This document shows positions 1 to 12,674 of a DNA stretch of 64,000 nucleotides, one piece after another. The DNA comes from Eledone cirrhosa (Eukaryota). The notes below the pieces were generated by a model. It saw only the letters and a program-made list of their open reading frames with translations. It ran no database searches and was not told the origin of the DNA. The stretch spans positions 77,686,001 through 77,750,000 of the forward strand of contig OZ024740.1 of NCBI GenBank assembly GCA_964016885.1. Reading direction: 5' to 3'. Both the position numbers and the translations under genes were made by a program. How positions within the stretch are numbered: the stretch's first letter is position 1; the number at the start of each line of letters is the position of its first letter.

Positions 1-241
1 AACCTTTTCAGTTTTTTTTTTCTATGGGATGTAAAAGAAAAACTGAAAATGATTACAGGTATCTCTCGAGCAGGATTGAAATCAAGACCAGGATCTCCAC
101 CGTGTTGTTGCTCCTACTGAAGGTTAACTTCTAAATCATTTGGGTGTTCCATGAACTACATCCTCGTTTTGTTTCTTATCTATCTAGACTATATTTTAAC
201 CTGTAATCCATGTTTCATTTCTGTTGCACCTTATCCCCTCC

Positions 242-310
<69 letters not shown>

Positions 311-864
311 TCTCTTTCTCTCAGTGATATTTCAATCTACTCTGATTTGGGCTTACCCTATTCATATATATATATAGAGAGAGAGATTCAAACTTACAAT
401 ATACATATATATACGTTTGTGTGTGTGTATGTGCTTGTGTTTGTGTATATATATATATAATTTTAGTGAGAGAATTAGACAAAGTAAAGTAGTTAATTTA
501 TTACTTCAGCTTGTCATATTCTGTCATTGTTTCACACGATATATCTTACTCTGTAGATAGAAATACTGAATGACAGATATAGAGAATGATAGTTCCACCA
601 AAACAGATTTCGCTATGTTTCGATGAGATATTCACATCAACACTACATTGAGTTCTACAATGGTTATAAATACACCCTTAAGTAGGTAAAATACTCCGTC
701 TATGCAGTACATACTGGCTGACACACGTGCTATTTTGTCAATATTTTTTCAGTTTTTTTTCTTTTCTCACTCTACTTGATCTTTGAATATCATCTTTTAT
801 TTTTCATGCTATGAAGGTTTCTTTTCCAGTACGAGTACAAAAGGCTTCTTTTCCAGTACGAGTT

Positions 865-1150
865 AGTATGTCAAGACATAGGAGAAGGAAAAGGCCAGAC
901 AGCATAGCAATCTTCCCATTCTGCATTGGTAGTCTCTTCATCTGGGATGCTACATGCTGTGGCACATTCTCCAGCGGTAACCTGATGTATTCGATTACTA
1001 ACCCAGGCTTCGTTGCTCGTCAAGCCAAAGAGGGCAAACTGTCGAAACATCGGTCGCTCTTCGATAAATTTGTGGTCGAACCTGTAGCAGTGGAAACTTC
1101 CGGTGTTCTTGAATCCCGTAATACATCCCTACTCACAGTTCGTCAAGATC
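865..1150 (+). pseudogene. Fragment of a CRE-like non-LTR retrotransposon restriction-like endonuclease (RLE) domain
   Basis: The ORF 811-1155 contains RKRPDSIAIFPF..G..IWDATC..T...PGFVARQAKEGKLSKH..L..KFVVEPVAVETSGVL, matching the RPD...WD.T...A..AE..K..KY...F.P.A.ET.G pattern of CRE-type RLE domains. No RT is nearby. Confidence 0.7.
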
Positions 1151-1534
1151 GATAAAATACGTACCAGGCTTGAAAATATAAGTAGTTGGGTTGAAAATTC
1201 AGGTCCTGTCCCTATATAACCACAGACTAATGACTGTAACCAGTAAATGAATAAAAGAATATGTATATGTGTGTGCGTATGCGTGTGTATATATATGTGT
1301 GTGCGTGTGTATGTGTGTGCGCATGTGTGTGTGTGTGCGTGCATGCGTGTATTTAGATACATACATTACATACACCCATACAAATATGCAAAGATATACA
1401 TATTATGTAAATATAGAAACGAGTCTTTGAACCTGAAAAGTAAATTTTGATATATCCGGATCAAGTCACACTCTCATACACACACATACAAACAGACACA
1501 CACACACGCACACACACACACACAGACATTCACT

Positions 1535-1607
<73 letters not shown>

Positions 1608-1798
1608 TGTAGAGAGAGAGGGGATACCGATAGATAGGTAGGTAGATAGATAGATATATTATGTAAATATATAAATATGCCTTTCAACTCAAAGAATAAA
1701 TTTTCATGCATCCGGGTAAATTATACTCTCACGCGCACACACATACTAAACACAACCTATCATACATAAACACTCACAGATATATACATATATATATG

Positions 1799-1899
<101 letters not shown>

Positions 1900-2768
1900 T
1901 CAATCGGCTAGATTACTTCAACTAATAAATGTACCGAATGCACTCAGATCTCAAAAGCCAATACAAACTTATGAAAATGTTGGGCGGAGTGAAAGAGTAA
2001 AACATATAATATATATTTTTAAAAGGAAATATATAAAAATGATGGTTGTGGGCGTAAGAAGCCTCTGGAAACATCTGAAGTGTCTAGATGGGAGTGTTTT
2101 CAGGGCTCGGGGCAAATAAGCACTTTGTATCTATTACTATACATCGTACTTCAGCTGTGCTGCAGTATTTTCTGTTTGAAAAGAAGATTTAGTTAACGCC
2201 TCTCTTGACTTCTTTCATACAGCCACAATAATCTTTAAAAAAAATTAGTCAGCTTTCCAATAGCACCGGCTCAGCTTGAGCAATTTTTATATGACTTTTA
2301 GATTCAGTAGTTTACTAATTTATCATTGCTTGATGATCCCTGCGATACCGATATCTAATTGTTTGCTTGCAATTGTGCCATGGTGACACAGCGGTGACAC
2401 GGTGGTGACACGGCTATGGGATAGTGTATATAATGCTGTATTCTTATGTGACTACGGTTTTGTGACTACGGTTTTGGCATGACCTGGTTATAGCTCTTCT
2501 TTCGTAATAGCTTAGAGGGGGGAAATCGGTGCCTATGAACCATTTTTACGGCCTCCTTATGTGATAAGTGTGAAAGAGGAAGTTATCCTCAGATAAGTCT
2601 GTTACCATGTGGCAGGGAATGTGTAACTCGATGGCACAGTTCTGATACTTTTCAATAGTGCACTGTCAGATTTTAAAAAAAATAGTTTATAAAAAACGTC
2701 CTGAAATACGTTTCTTGAGAAAGAGAGCCAGCCAAGAATGTTACCAAGCTTTCTTACACATGGGCACG

Positions 2769-2879
<111 letters not shown>

Positions 2880-2880
2880 G

Positions 2881-2925
<45 letters not shown>

Positions 2926-3874
2926 TCCCTCTCTCTCTCTTTTTCTCACACACACACATACATACATACATACATACATACATACATACATACATACATA
3001 CATACATACATACATACACAAGTCCTGATGACAAAGGACTGGTGACGAGCCATTCCTCAGACCAGAAACTTGATCAGAATGATTGCAATACAGTAGGCTC
3101 AGCTAAAGCAACATAAAAGCTGGGTGGTGCTGGTTAACTGTGGAACGGTTACTGTTTATCAAGCGTAAAATATTCAGCAGGTTCAACTGCAACTAAGGGA
3201 ATAACTATAAAAAATACCAAGTTGGATGGAATGAAGCAACATTCCAAATTGCTAACAGATATGGGACTAGTGAAAATATAGAGTTCTTACATCAAAAGAG
3301 TTGAAAGTTATCAATTCCAAAGAAAGCATAGGTGAAATATTTCAGCTTGTTTTGTATAATGTGCATCTTTTTGTTAAAAAAAACTATCACTTTCTAAGTG
3401 GGATGAAAATAAAAAAAAGTTCAAATTTGTAACAAATCTCTGTATGATTGACTAAATAATCTCTTCAAGGCGGACGCCATCACCTAGCTGAAGTCAAGAT
3501 ACTGAAACCATTAAGAACAATAATAGGTGTACAATGTCTTAAGTTGACAATTTCTGTAAAAATGGCGGATTTCCACACATTGAATATGTTGAACCTCTTC
3601 TTTTTTCAAACTAACAACTGCAGAACATTTTAAGTAAAATATTGAAACTAGATGAATAATTCTAATGAAAATTCACTTCTGCAATGAGGATAATTCAAGC
3701 TGTCTAGCATATATGGAGTCTAGGAATATGGCGAAAGCTCGCATTAAAGCAATTGGATATTATCAGTCGTTGGCGTGTTCGGCTCTCAATCGTAAGGTCA
3801 CAGCTGGATTGAAAGATTCCTAGATTGGAAGCTTTCTGTCGATCTTTCTACAGATTTTCTCTTGGGCTTATTCT

Positions 3875-3965
3875 ATTAACTATGGTGTACCCCAAGGTTC
3901 GGTAATGTCTTTCACACTGTTCCTTTTGTAGATTAACAATTTACTTGCAGTCACCTCTAATACAT
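3875..3965 (+). pseudogene. Small relic of a LINE reverse transcriptase (CR1/Jockey-like)
   Basis: Translates NYGVPQGSVMSFTLFLL*INNL, the GVPQGSxLSPxLF..INDL RT motif with an in-frame stop. Confidence 0.6.
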
Positions 3966-4449
3966 TCTTATAAAGATAGGATTGGTGAAGGAATGGGGGA
4001 TGATTATTATCGTTGTCATCGTTATTATCATCGTCGTCGTCGTTGTTTTCGTCGTCATTGTCGTCGTCGTTGTCATCGTCTTATCCGTCACAGGAAGTGA
4101 AACTGTTGATTGACAGATAAAGAAGACATTGAATAAAAATAATTAATATTCTCTCCCTTGACGTTATTATCACAGCTGTTGTTATTTTATAATCATTACT
4201 TCATAACATTTATTATTATTATTAATTATTATTATTGTTGTTGTTGTTGCTATCAAAACATCTTTGTAGTGTTGTATAGCCCGGGTCAGCCATTATCAAG
4301 CAGGCCTATGACATGAAGGTTGACTTCCAAGATGTGACACACAGATCTAGAGCTCCAGATGTACCTCAAATATATTCAGTTGCTGATTCTCTAATTAACT
4401 ACTATTACTGTTGCTACTACTACTGTTACTACTGCTACTATTGCTGATG

Positions 4450-5268
4450 TTTGGTGGTCATAGTGAATGGCCGCTAGAGGCGTATTTGCCCAGAGCTGCA
4501 GTACTGGGCCACGCGAAGACCGAGACGAAGTGCTTGGAAACAGGAATGTCTTCAAGCGCACACAACCCTCTGTCGTTCGGGCAGTACGATTGGTGGAAAC
4601 TCTACCTTAGCGTTCTATAGAGGGTTAGTGACGAGTGAAAGCGAAAACGTTCTTGGGGAGACTCTGGGCGTCAACGAAAATCAGTTTTATCAGCTTGGTG
4701 GTCAAAACGAAAGAGGTCGTGTGGTGGACACGTTTGATAGGGTTGAAGACAAGCACTTTCCTCTTCGGCAAAACCCAGGTTAACTTTTCCAGGTTTCACT
4801 TGAGGGGAATCAGGGTGGAGAGAGAATTGCTTTTTACCAACCAGTTTGTTGAAAGGTGGGGTGGGTGGTGTTCATGGCATGAGTGAATGGGCCTTCTCTG
4901 AGTATATGTGCCTGTAGATTGGAGGAGGACAACTGGGAGGTGGAACGTCTCGTAGGGTGAGCGTGGCCTTCTCCACAAGTGACCCTCGGAAGTTTCGCCC
5001 CTACTGGGGTGAGCGTGGCCTTCTCCACAAGTGACCCTCGGAAGTTTCGCCCCTACTGGGGTGAGCGTGGCCTTCTCCACAAGTGACCCTCGGAAGTTTC
5101 GCCCCTACTGGGGATTTCGTTTTCATTTGTGTTTGAATCTAGTAGTTTTCATTGTTTTCTGTACAAAAAAACTTTTACACGCAAAAACCCCACAATGTAT
5201 GATCCTGTGCTATCCTTAATGTTTTCTTAATGTGAGACCCGTGTGGCTAATAAATAAATTATTATTAT
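4450..5268 (+). mobile_element. 5'-truncated, decayed Tx1-type LINE (ORF2 C-terminus plus 3'UTR), related to the element at 9009-14714
   Basis: KEVVWWTRLIGLK..FL.G...V.F.RFH...IRVERELL...QFVERW aligns with the end of ORF2 at 9241-12669. The 3' end is CCCGTGTGGCTAATAAA followed by (ATT)n; the full element ends CCCTCGTGGCAAATAAA. Confidence 0.85.
4955..5113 (+). repeat. Three exact tandem copies of a 52-bp unit in the LINE 3'UTR
   Basis: The unit GGGTGAGCGTGGCCTTCTCCACAAGTGACCCTCGGAAGTTTCGCCCCTACTG starts at 4955, 5007 and 5059. Confidence 0.95.
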
Positions 5269-5475
5269 GTCGATAGAATAAAGCACCAGTAAGTACTGGG
5301 GTTGATTTAATCGATTTTCCCCTCCCCTTCAAATTGCTGGCCTTAGGTTAACTTTGCTTTTCATCCTTACGGGGTCGATGAAATAAAGTACCAGTCACGC
5401 ACTGGGGTCGATTTAATCGACTTTCCCCGCCCCCAAAATTGCTGTCCTTGTGCCTATAGTAGAAATCATTATTAT
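5269..5475 (+). mobile_element. Two partial tandem copies of the dominant tRNA-derived SINE
   Basis: Central domain AACTTTGCTTTTCATCCTTACGGGGTCGATGAAATAAAGTACCAG, then CACTGGGGTCGATTTAATCGAC and a TTGTGCCT..AGAAA(ATT)n tail, shared with many copies in the window. Confidence 0.8.
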
Positions 5476-5612
5476 ACAAATTCCTGGTTTGTATACATCA
5501 CGTGTTTGTTTGTTTGTTTTTCGTCCTGTAAATAACATCACTGGGAAGAGTCAAAATATAAACATGATAAATAAGTAAACGAAAATTAAATATATTATTA
5601 CTCTCTCTATCA

Positions 5613-5985
5613 TTGTTATTGTTGAAGTTGTTGCTACTGTTGTTGTGTTGTTATTGTTGTTGTTGCTGTTGTTATGTTCTTATTGTTGCTGCTGTTGATG
5701 TTGTTGCTGTTGTCGTTGTTGTTGCTGTCGTTGTTGCTATTGTTGTTGTTGTTGTTGCTTTTGTTATTACTGCTGCTGCTGTTGTTATTGCCGATGTTGT
5801 TGATGTTGTTGCTATTGCTGTTGTCGTTGTTGATGTTGTTACTGTTGCTGTTGTTGTTGTCGCTGTTGTTGCTGTTGTTATTGTTGTTGTTGTTGCTGTT
5901 GTTGCTGTTGTTGCTGTTTTAGCTGTTGCTGTTGTTGTCACTGTTGTCGTTGTTGCTGTTGTGTTGATGTTGATGTTGTTGTTAC
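5613..5985. repeat. Degenerate (GTT/GCT)n trinucleotide tract
   Basis: Direct reading; it explains the poly-V/T/L ORFs. Confidence 0.9.
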
Positions 5986-6969
5986 CCAAAGGATTTATTT
6001 TTTGGTTGTCATGCTTAATGAGGTGCCAAATTGAGGTGTCATACGGAAGTAAAAGGGATAAACTGCTCCCAGCGTTTCGGGCTGATTGAAAACAAGTTTA
6101 GTGTCATGTGACCTCATTCACGTGACACTCTCGCTTTGTTGCCCTTTATTTATTTAGTTATACTTTCAAACATTGATTACTGACTTGCTTTGAGAGACTT
6201 AAATCTTTTTTCTTCAGCCCGTCTCCAGTCTTTACTTCAGTTATGTCTATTATATATATATATATATATATTTATTTATTAAAATAACAGATTATTACTA
6301 TATATATATATATATATATACACTCATACTGAATTTATTGAAGTTGTGGGTGTGCGTGCGTGTGGGCGTATGTGTGTGTGTGTGTGTGTGTGTGTGCATG
6401 TGTGTGTGTGTATATATATAAGTGTGTATGTGTGTATGTGAACGTGTGTACATATATGTGTGTGTATATATGTGTGTGTGTCTGTGTGTATATGTGTGTG
6501 TCTGTCTGTGTGCGTGTGTGTGTATGTAAGTGAGTATATATGTATGTATGTGTGTATTTGTATGTGAGTGTGTATGAGTGTGTGTGTGCGCATGTGTGTG
6601 TATATATGTGCGTCTGTGTGTGTATGTGTATGTGTGTGAGTGTGTGTGTGTATGTGTGTATGTGTGCGTGTGTTACAACATGTTTCTCTGCATGGTTAGA
6701 TGCATGTCAGAGTGTGTGTGTATCTGCTTATACATACAAATGCATATGGGAGAGAGACAGAGAGAGAGAAAGTGAGAGGGGGAAGGTGGTTAAATAGTTA
6801 GACGAATATATATAGAGAGAGGGAGTTAGTTGGAATGATAGGTAGAGAGAGAGTGTGTGAGAAAGAGTGTGTGTGAGAGAGAGTGTGTGTGAGAGAGAGA
6901 AACATTTATCTATTATACACACGCAGAAGATCAATTAGAAGCGTATCTTTGCTACATGTTTTTAAGTGT

Positions 6970-7285
6970 GAAGGTACGTGGCTTAGAAGTTAGGGTGTTT
7001 GGCTCGTGATTTTAAAGTTCGATTCCCAATGATTCATTGTGTTCTTCAGCTAGACGCTTTAATTTAGGTTGCTACAGTCCACTCAGCTGGCAAAAATGAG
7101 TTGTACCTGTAATACAAATGGTCTACCTTGTCGCACACTGACACGCTGAATTTCCCTGAGAACAAGGTTATGGTTTTATGTGCTTGTGGAATACTCAGCC
7201 ACTTGTACATTAATTTCACAAGCATGTTGTTCTGTTGTTCGAGCAACTGGAACAATTGTCATCGATAACGACGGAGACCCAGCCA
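6970..7285 (+). mobile_element. Second, diverged tRNA-derived SINE family (CORE/V-like)
   Basis: A-box-like GTGGCTTAGAAG and B-box GTTCGATTCC, then TTGTGTTCTTCAGCTAGACGCTTTA..GTTGCT..AGTCCACTCAGCTG..AAATGAGT. A related copy lies at 56703-56790. Confidence 0.6.
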
Positions 7286-8952
7286 CATTTTTCTATATAT
7301 AGTAAGATGTGTGTGTAAGAGGGAGAGAAAGAGAATGAGGAGACTATTATCTGGGACCTTTTTGTCTATGATAGAGCCAGTGAATCTGTTGGAATCGTAT
7401 TACCGCCCAAGGAAGGGATCCCGTTTAGTGGAGTGACTTGTGTAGCAGGTGTCGTTGGCTGTTCTCAGTGCTAATGCCTTTGCCATTTGCTCCGCGGATC
7501 ACAGCTAGATATACTACCTAGAGTGGGTTGGACAGTCAGCCGCACCCTTACTTTCGCTATATAATTTATTCCTTTTCTTTTATTGAAAACATTACATAAT
7601 TCAAGATAAATTTGTTAAATATAATTTGATTATTCCCTCATGTGGTATATATCCCCCATCACAGTGTCCCTGCAATGATACCTCCTAGTTTACATTCTTT
7701 CACTTCATCTGGTTGTAGTGAAGGAAAGGTTATCAGATCATCTGTTGATCTTACTCTCAATATACTTTAACCAATCTATGTGGGATGTATCCCTCGCCTC
7801 AATATATTTAGCATAAGACGCTAAGTTGGCGGGAACGTTGGGTCGATGGATGTAATGCCTAGCAGTATTCGTTCTGGCACTCTGCAATCCGAATTGTCTT
7901 TCATATGTTCGGGGTCAACTAACAAAATATTAGTCCAGTGCTACGTCGATTCGTTTTTTCTCATTTATTCTCTCGTGTTTTTCTCTGGGAAAAATCGGCT
8001 GGAGTCAAGACTGTTTTTCGATTGATCTTTAAAAGATTGTCTTTAAAAGACAGGCAATAAGTTCTGACGCCGCCACTAACACGCCATTATCATTTCAGAA
8101 TTCAAGCTAAACCAAGTGTCTTTGCTGTGCTACACTCTATTCTACAAAGCCTCAGTTCACTTACCTATAGTGAGAAAACAGTTACCTGACTACAGGTAAT
8201 GTAACCTAGGAGAAGAAATTATCCAAGCGTATGGAGACGAATTTCCTTCCTAACTACTTCAATCTAATTGTGGGGGGGGGGGGGGGGGGAGAAGGACCGA
8301 TTCTCCAGATCAAACCAAGCTAACTATGTTTCCATTATTGATATTATCTATTGGTCGCAAATCCTAGCAGAAGCGGCACCGCAATTCCATTGACAGAGGA
8401 TGAGATTTTATGTCAGAACACACTGAGCCTGAACAGATGCTTTAAGAATTGCGCCAATCAATTGAATCTGCACATATATTCTTTTATTTTTGTTTTATCT
8501 TTTTTATTTTTTACTTATTTTTATTTTCTATTTTTTATTTATTTATTTTTTATATTTTATTTATTTTTTATTTATTTTTTATTTGTTATTTATTTTTATT
8601 TCTTGTTTGTACCAACAAATTACCTGTGGCACCACTAGTATTTTATTTATAGACCGTGAAAGGATGAAAGACAATATATGAAATAATAGCGCGGAGAGTC
8701 GAAACAAACACCACAACTTATGATGTCCTCCACGGTTCTGCCTATATGCCGCCCAAATTGCAGCCATGAGACAAACAACAGCTCCAAACATTAACTCTAA
8801 GACTAGGAGATACATTTAAATTTCATAAACCATTAAAACATCAGTTTATCGCTTTTGTTGTTTTTGTTGGTGTTCTTTGACGGCACCTGTATATGTTTAT
8901 ATGTGAATATGAACCAATAAGATAGTGTGTGATACATACATATGAATATATG

Positions 8953-9009
<57 letters not shown>

Positions 9010-9240
9010 ATTTCTATTTATTTGCCACGAGGGCACAAAAGAAGGGGACATTTACACAGTGGGGGAGTTTACATAAATCGAGTAAAGAAAAAAGGAATAA
9101 CAATAATAATATAACAATAAAAAGTCCTCAAAAGGGAGGGGGCGTGTTGGGGATTGCACATACCCCCGAAAAGTGTGCAACTCTTTTCGCGGGGGAAGCC
9201 CAGAGAGGAGGCGCTCCCCCTTTCCTCTTCACTTCTTCAC

Positions 9241-12200
9241 CTACAGAACAATGTAGAGAGAAGGCCCATTTACACGGGCCATTCTCGCTTCTTTCACCCA
9301 CCTTTCATAAAACTGTCTGGGACCAAGCACTTCTCTCTCCATCCTGATTCTTCTTCCGAAGTGGTATCGGAAGAAGTAAACCAGGTGATGGCCGGAGAGA
9401 AAGTCACCCGACCTCAGACCTTTCAGGCGCGTCCACCACACAACCTCTTTCATCATGGCTATTACGCACAGAAAGACCGCCTCTGCTTCATTTCTGAAGG
9501 GAGGAGGCGGCTTGATGTTCACCACAGACTCGGCGGTTAATCGAATCGGCGCCACACGCGACAGCAGTCGTTCGACGTAGCCCCACAGATCGGCAACGCC
9601 CGGGCAGTGTACCAGTGCATGCGCAACGGTTTCCTCGTCGCGCACGCATCTGGGACAGATCTTTTTCGCGGGATCCCTGCCCGGGCGCCCGTGTCTGTAG
9701 AGCTTTTCTCGAACGGGCAGAGCCCCCCGGTAACACTGCCAGGCTAGGGACCTCTGGAAGTTGGGTCCCGGGCCGAAAGTTCTACCGAACAGGCTGGCCA
9801 GTTCGTCCTCCTCCATGCCTAGCGACTCTCCAAGGGTGTCGTCGCCCCTGCTAGCCACCAACCCTCTATAGAATGTCGAGGTGGATTCTCCACTGACAGT
9901 CGGGTCCGCTTGCCAGATAGCCGTGAGCGCCTGGGCACACTCAGTGTGCCAGTTGCCCAGTTTTCTCGGTCTTTGCTTCACCCAGGATTGCAGTTCGGTG
10001 AGCGAGACGAGCTGTGGGAAGGCTCGCCTCACAAACGGGGCCCACACCGGCTGACCGTTGAGGAATACCTGTAGATGCCGTAGCCTCAATGCGTGCCTAC
10101 GCATCAACAGCCACGGCATACCCAGCCCTCCTTTCGAAGGGTGCTGGCAGCAGATGGATCTCCTCACCATGGGAGGCCGCTTCTTCCAGAGGAACTGGAA
10201 GAGCATGCGTTCCATGATGGTGAGCTTTTCCTTGGGGCAAGGCACGACGGTCAGGCGGTAGTAGATGACGGACGCTATGTAAGCGTTCGTCACCTCCGCC
10301 CGACCTTTCAGTGATAGTTTGCACTTGGCCCACTTCTGGGTCAGCGCAAACACCCTGCTCGTCACCTCGCCCCAATTCTTCTCCACCTGGAGGTCCGGTC
10401 CGAACCAGACCCCGAGCAGCTTCACCGGGCCCTCCGTCCACCGCCCGACGACACCGTCTAACGGCATCGGTTTGCCCCTCCACGTTCCGAGTTGCAAACC
10501 GACTGACTTGTCCTGGTTCAGCTTAGCCCCCGTCAGCCTTTCGTATTCCTCCAGTAGGGTGGCGATCGCCCCGATTTCCGAGGCGTCCGCCACCATTACT
10601 GTTACGTCGTCGGCATAGGCCGAGACCGCTTTGTGCAATCCCGGTTCCAGGGGTATGCCCCGCAGCAACTCCAACTTCCGCAGCAGTGGCTCGAGAGTCA
10701 ATACGTACAGAAGGGAGGAGAGGGGGCACCCCTGTCTGATGGATCGGGTGATTTGAAACGGCTCCGAGAGGTAGCCGTTTACTTTAATCCTAGAGTAGAT
10801 GTTGCCACTGTGCATGGCAGAAATCCAGCCCCTGAAAACGGGTCCGAAGCCCGCCGCCGCTAGCACCGCATCCAGGTAACCATGGTCGACCCTATCGAAC
10901 GCCTTAGATTGATCCAAGTTGATCAGGGCCCCACCAAAGCCGGGTTCGTAGCCAACCCTCTCTATGATGTATCGCATGAGGTGGAGGTTGTCGTGAATGG
11001 ACCTGGACGGGATAGCGCATGTCTGCGCGTCTCCCACCAAACCACCCACCACAAGCGCCAACCTCTTCGCCAACACCTTGGCCAAAATCTGTAACTCTGC
11101 ATTCAGCAGAGTTATGGGCCTAAAGTTACTTAAGTCGTCCCCCTTGCTCTCGTCCTTCCTCACTAGCGTGACCACGCCCTTGGTCACAGAACAGGGAATT
11201 CTCCCGTTTTGTTGCCAGTTGCAATAGACAGCCTCGAGGAGTTCGGAGAACAAGACCGGCATAGCTAAATAAAGTTCGTATGGTAGACCATCGAGACCCG
11301 GGGATTTGCGTCTGCTGCATTGGCTGAGCGCTTCCCCGATTTCAGTGGCTGTGATTGGCCCTTCGCAGCACTCCGCTTCGCCGCTCGAAAGACGCGGTAG
11401 ACCGTCGAGGTATGGACCGAAGTCCACATCCCCGTCCGGCCCCCCACCACCTCCGAACAGTCGAGCAAAGTGCCTTTGAAAGGTCTCGCACATTCGCTCA
11501 GGTTCAAGGATCACCCGTCCATCCTGGTCTCGCAAAGACCGAATGGTGGATTTAATCCCACTCTTGGCTTCTGTCACGCGGGCCCAGCTAACAGCTTTGG
11601 TCCCCTCGTTTCCTAAAGCACGTATTTTACTTCGGACAACGCAGCCTTCGTGCTTCGCGTCAAAGAACTGGCTCAATGCCGTTCTCGTCGCTAACACTCT
11701 GGCTACGTCTCCGCTCCTAATCGCCTCTTCTAGTTTATCTGTTAACTCCCTTTCCCTCCTATTTCTATTCGCCGCTAGTTCCTTACTGTAACCTATCGAA
11801 CTTACTCTAATCTCTCTCTTTAGAGATATCCACCACCTACTGTTGACGATCGCTCCCGTCAACCGCATCTTAACTAAGCTACTAATCCGGTTTCTGTAAT
11901 CTTTCTTTGTCGGTAAGGACAAGTTCATCTTCCAGTAACCGGGACCCTGTCTATGCGTTCTATCAAGGTTGACCACGCAGGTCACTAATTTGTGATCTGA
12001 ATAGCCAACCATGATCAGTTCTGGACAACTAAATACGTCCCTATCCTTACTCCTAACCAAAAACCTATCTAGGTACGATCTAGATTGTCCACTGCGGTTT
12101 GCCCAGGTCCAGGTTGGCGCAGTTGGACAATCTAGTCGAAATCTATCGACCAGGTCGAATCGATCGAGTAACCCCTTGAGGCTGCTACACCCCCCTCTAT

Positions 12201-12669
12201 CAGGACATGCCCCTGCATAGTCCCAACGCGCATCTAGGATTCCATTCCAGTCCCCCACTAAAAGCAGGGAACGCGACGTTCCTAGAAAAGTCTCCAGACG
12301 TTGGAAGAAGTCGGCTCTCTCCGCCCCGAAGGGAGCATAAAGACCGACCAGTCTGAAAGCCCCGCCTTCACCACCTCCGACGTCCAGCACCAGTAATCGA
12401 CCCCCCGGGTCCGAGTGAACAATCTGTACGTCGAGAGTCAGACGTTTATCCAGCAGTACGGCAACTCCCCCCCCCCCCCCGCCTCCGGGTTGACAGAGAG
12501 ATGCGTGCATCTCAAAGTCATCGAAGGCGGGCGCCAGCTGTCTCACGCTGCTGATCCGACTCTCGCAAACAACCATCACATCTATACTTTGTGACCTGAG
12601 GTCACTTAGAAGCTTTGCTTGCTTCCAAGCTGAGCTCAGGCCACGCGCGTTCAAACAGCCAACTCTCAA
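9241..12669 (-). CDS. LINE ORF2: APE endonuclease, reverse transcriptase and C-terminal CCHC (Tx1-like), 1142 aa, uninterrupted
   Basis: APE motifs LNARGL, CESR, GDWN, TW..SYLDRF, SDH. RT motifs SPGLDGLP, RPITLLN, DQSKAFDRV, RQGCPLS, YADD. Tx1-type GGLGMP and CPRC..EETVAHALVHC. The start is TTG, not ATG. Confidence 0.95.
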   Translation of the reverse strand: MRVGCLNARGLSSAWKQAKLLSDLRSQSIDVMVVCESRISSVRQLAPAFDDFEMHASLCQPGGGGGGGVAVLLDKRLTLDVQIVHSDPGGRLLVLDVGGGEGGAFRLVGLYAPFGAERADFFQRLETFLGTSRSLLLVGDWNGILDARWDYAGACPDRGGCSSLKGLLDRFDLVDRFRLDCPTAPTWTWANRSGQSRSYLDRFLVRSKDRDVFSCPELIMVGYSDHKLVTCVVNLDRTHRQGPGYWKMNLSLPTKKDYRNRISSLVKMRLTGAIVNSRWWISLKREIRVSSIGYSKELAANRNRRERELTDKLEEAIRSGDVARVLATRTALSQFFDAKHEGCVVRSKIRALGNEGTKAVSWARVTEAKSGIKSTIRSLRDQDGRVILEPERMCETFQRHFARLFGGGGGPDGDVDFGPYLDGLPRLSSGEAECCEGPITATEIGEALSQCSRRKSPGLDGLPYELYLAMPVLFSELLEAVYCNWQQNGRIPCSVTKGVVTLVRKDESKGDDLSNFRPITLLNAELQILAKVLAKRLALVVGGLVGDAQTCAIPSRSIHDNLHLMRYIIERVGYEPGFGGALINLDQSKAFDRVDHGYLDAVLAAAGFGPVFRGWISAMHSGNIYSRIKVNGYLSEPFQITRSIRQGCPLSSLLYVLTLEPLLRKLELLRGIPLEPGLHKAVSAYADDVTVMVADASEIGAIATLLEEYERLTGAKLNQDKSVGLQLGTWRGKPMPLDGVVGRWTEGPVKLLGVWFGPDLQVEKNWGEVTSRVFALTQKWAKCKLSLKGRAEVTNAYIASVIYYRLTVVPCPKEKLTIMERMLFQFLWKKRPPMVRRSICCQHPSKGGLGMPWLLMRRHALRLRHLQVFLNGQPVWAPFVRRAFPQLVSLTELQSWVKQRPRKLGNWHTECAQALTAIWQADPTVSGESTSTFYRGLVASRGDDTLGESLGMEEDELASLFGRTFGPGPNFQRSLAWQCYRGALPVREKLYRHGRPGRDPAKKICPRCVRDEETVAHALVHCPGVADLWGYVERLLSRVAPIRLTAESVVNIKPPPPFRNEAEAVFLCVIAMMKEVVWWTRLKGLRSGDFLSGHHLVYFFRYHFGRRIRMEREVLGPRQFYERWVKEARMARVNGPSLYIVL

Positions 12670-12674
12670 TTGAT

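Noticed and set aside
610-650. Possible HHR on the minus strand (GATG..CATC-GAAACATA)
   Set aside because: No recognisable CUGANGA box or stem I.
9488-12220. Numerous short ORFs overlapping LINE ORF2 on either strand
   Set aside because: They are shadow frames of a GC-rich coding region with no motifs.
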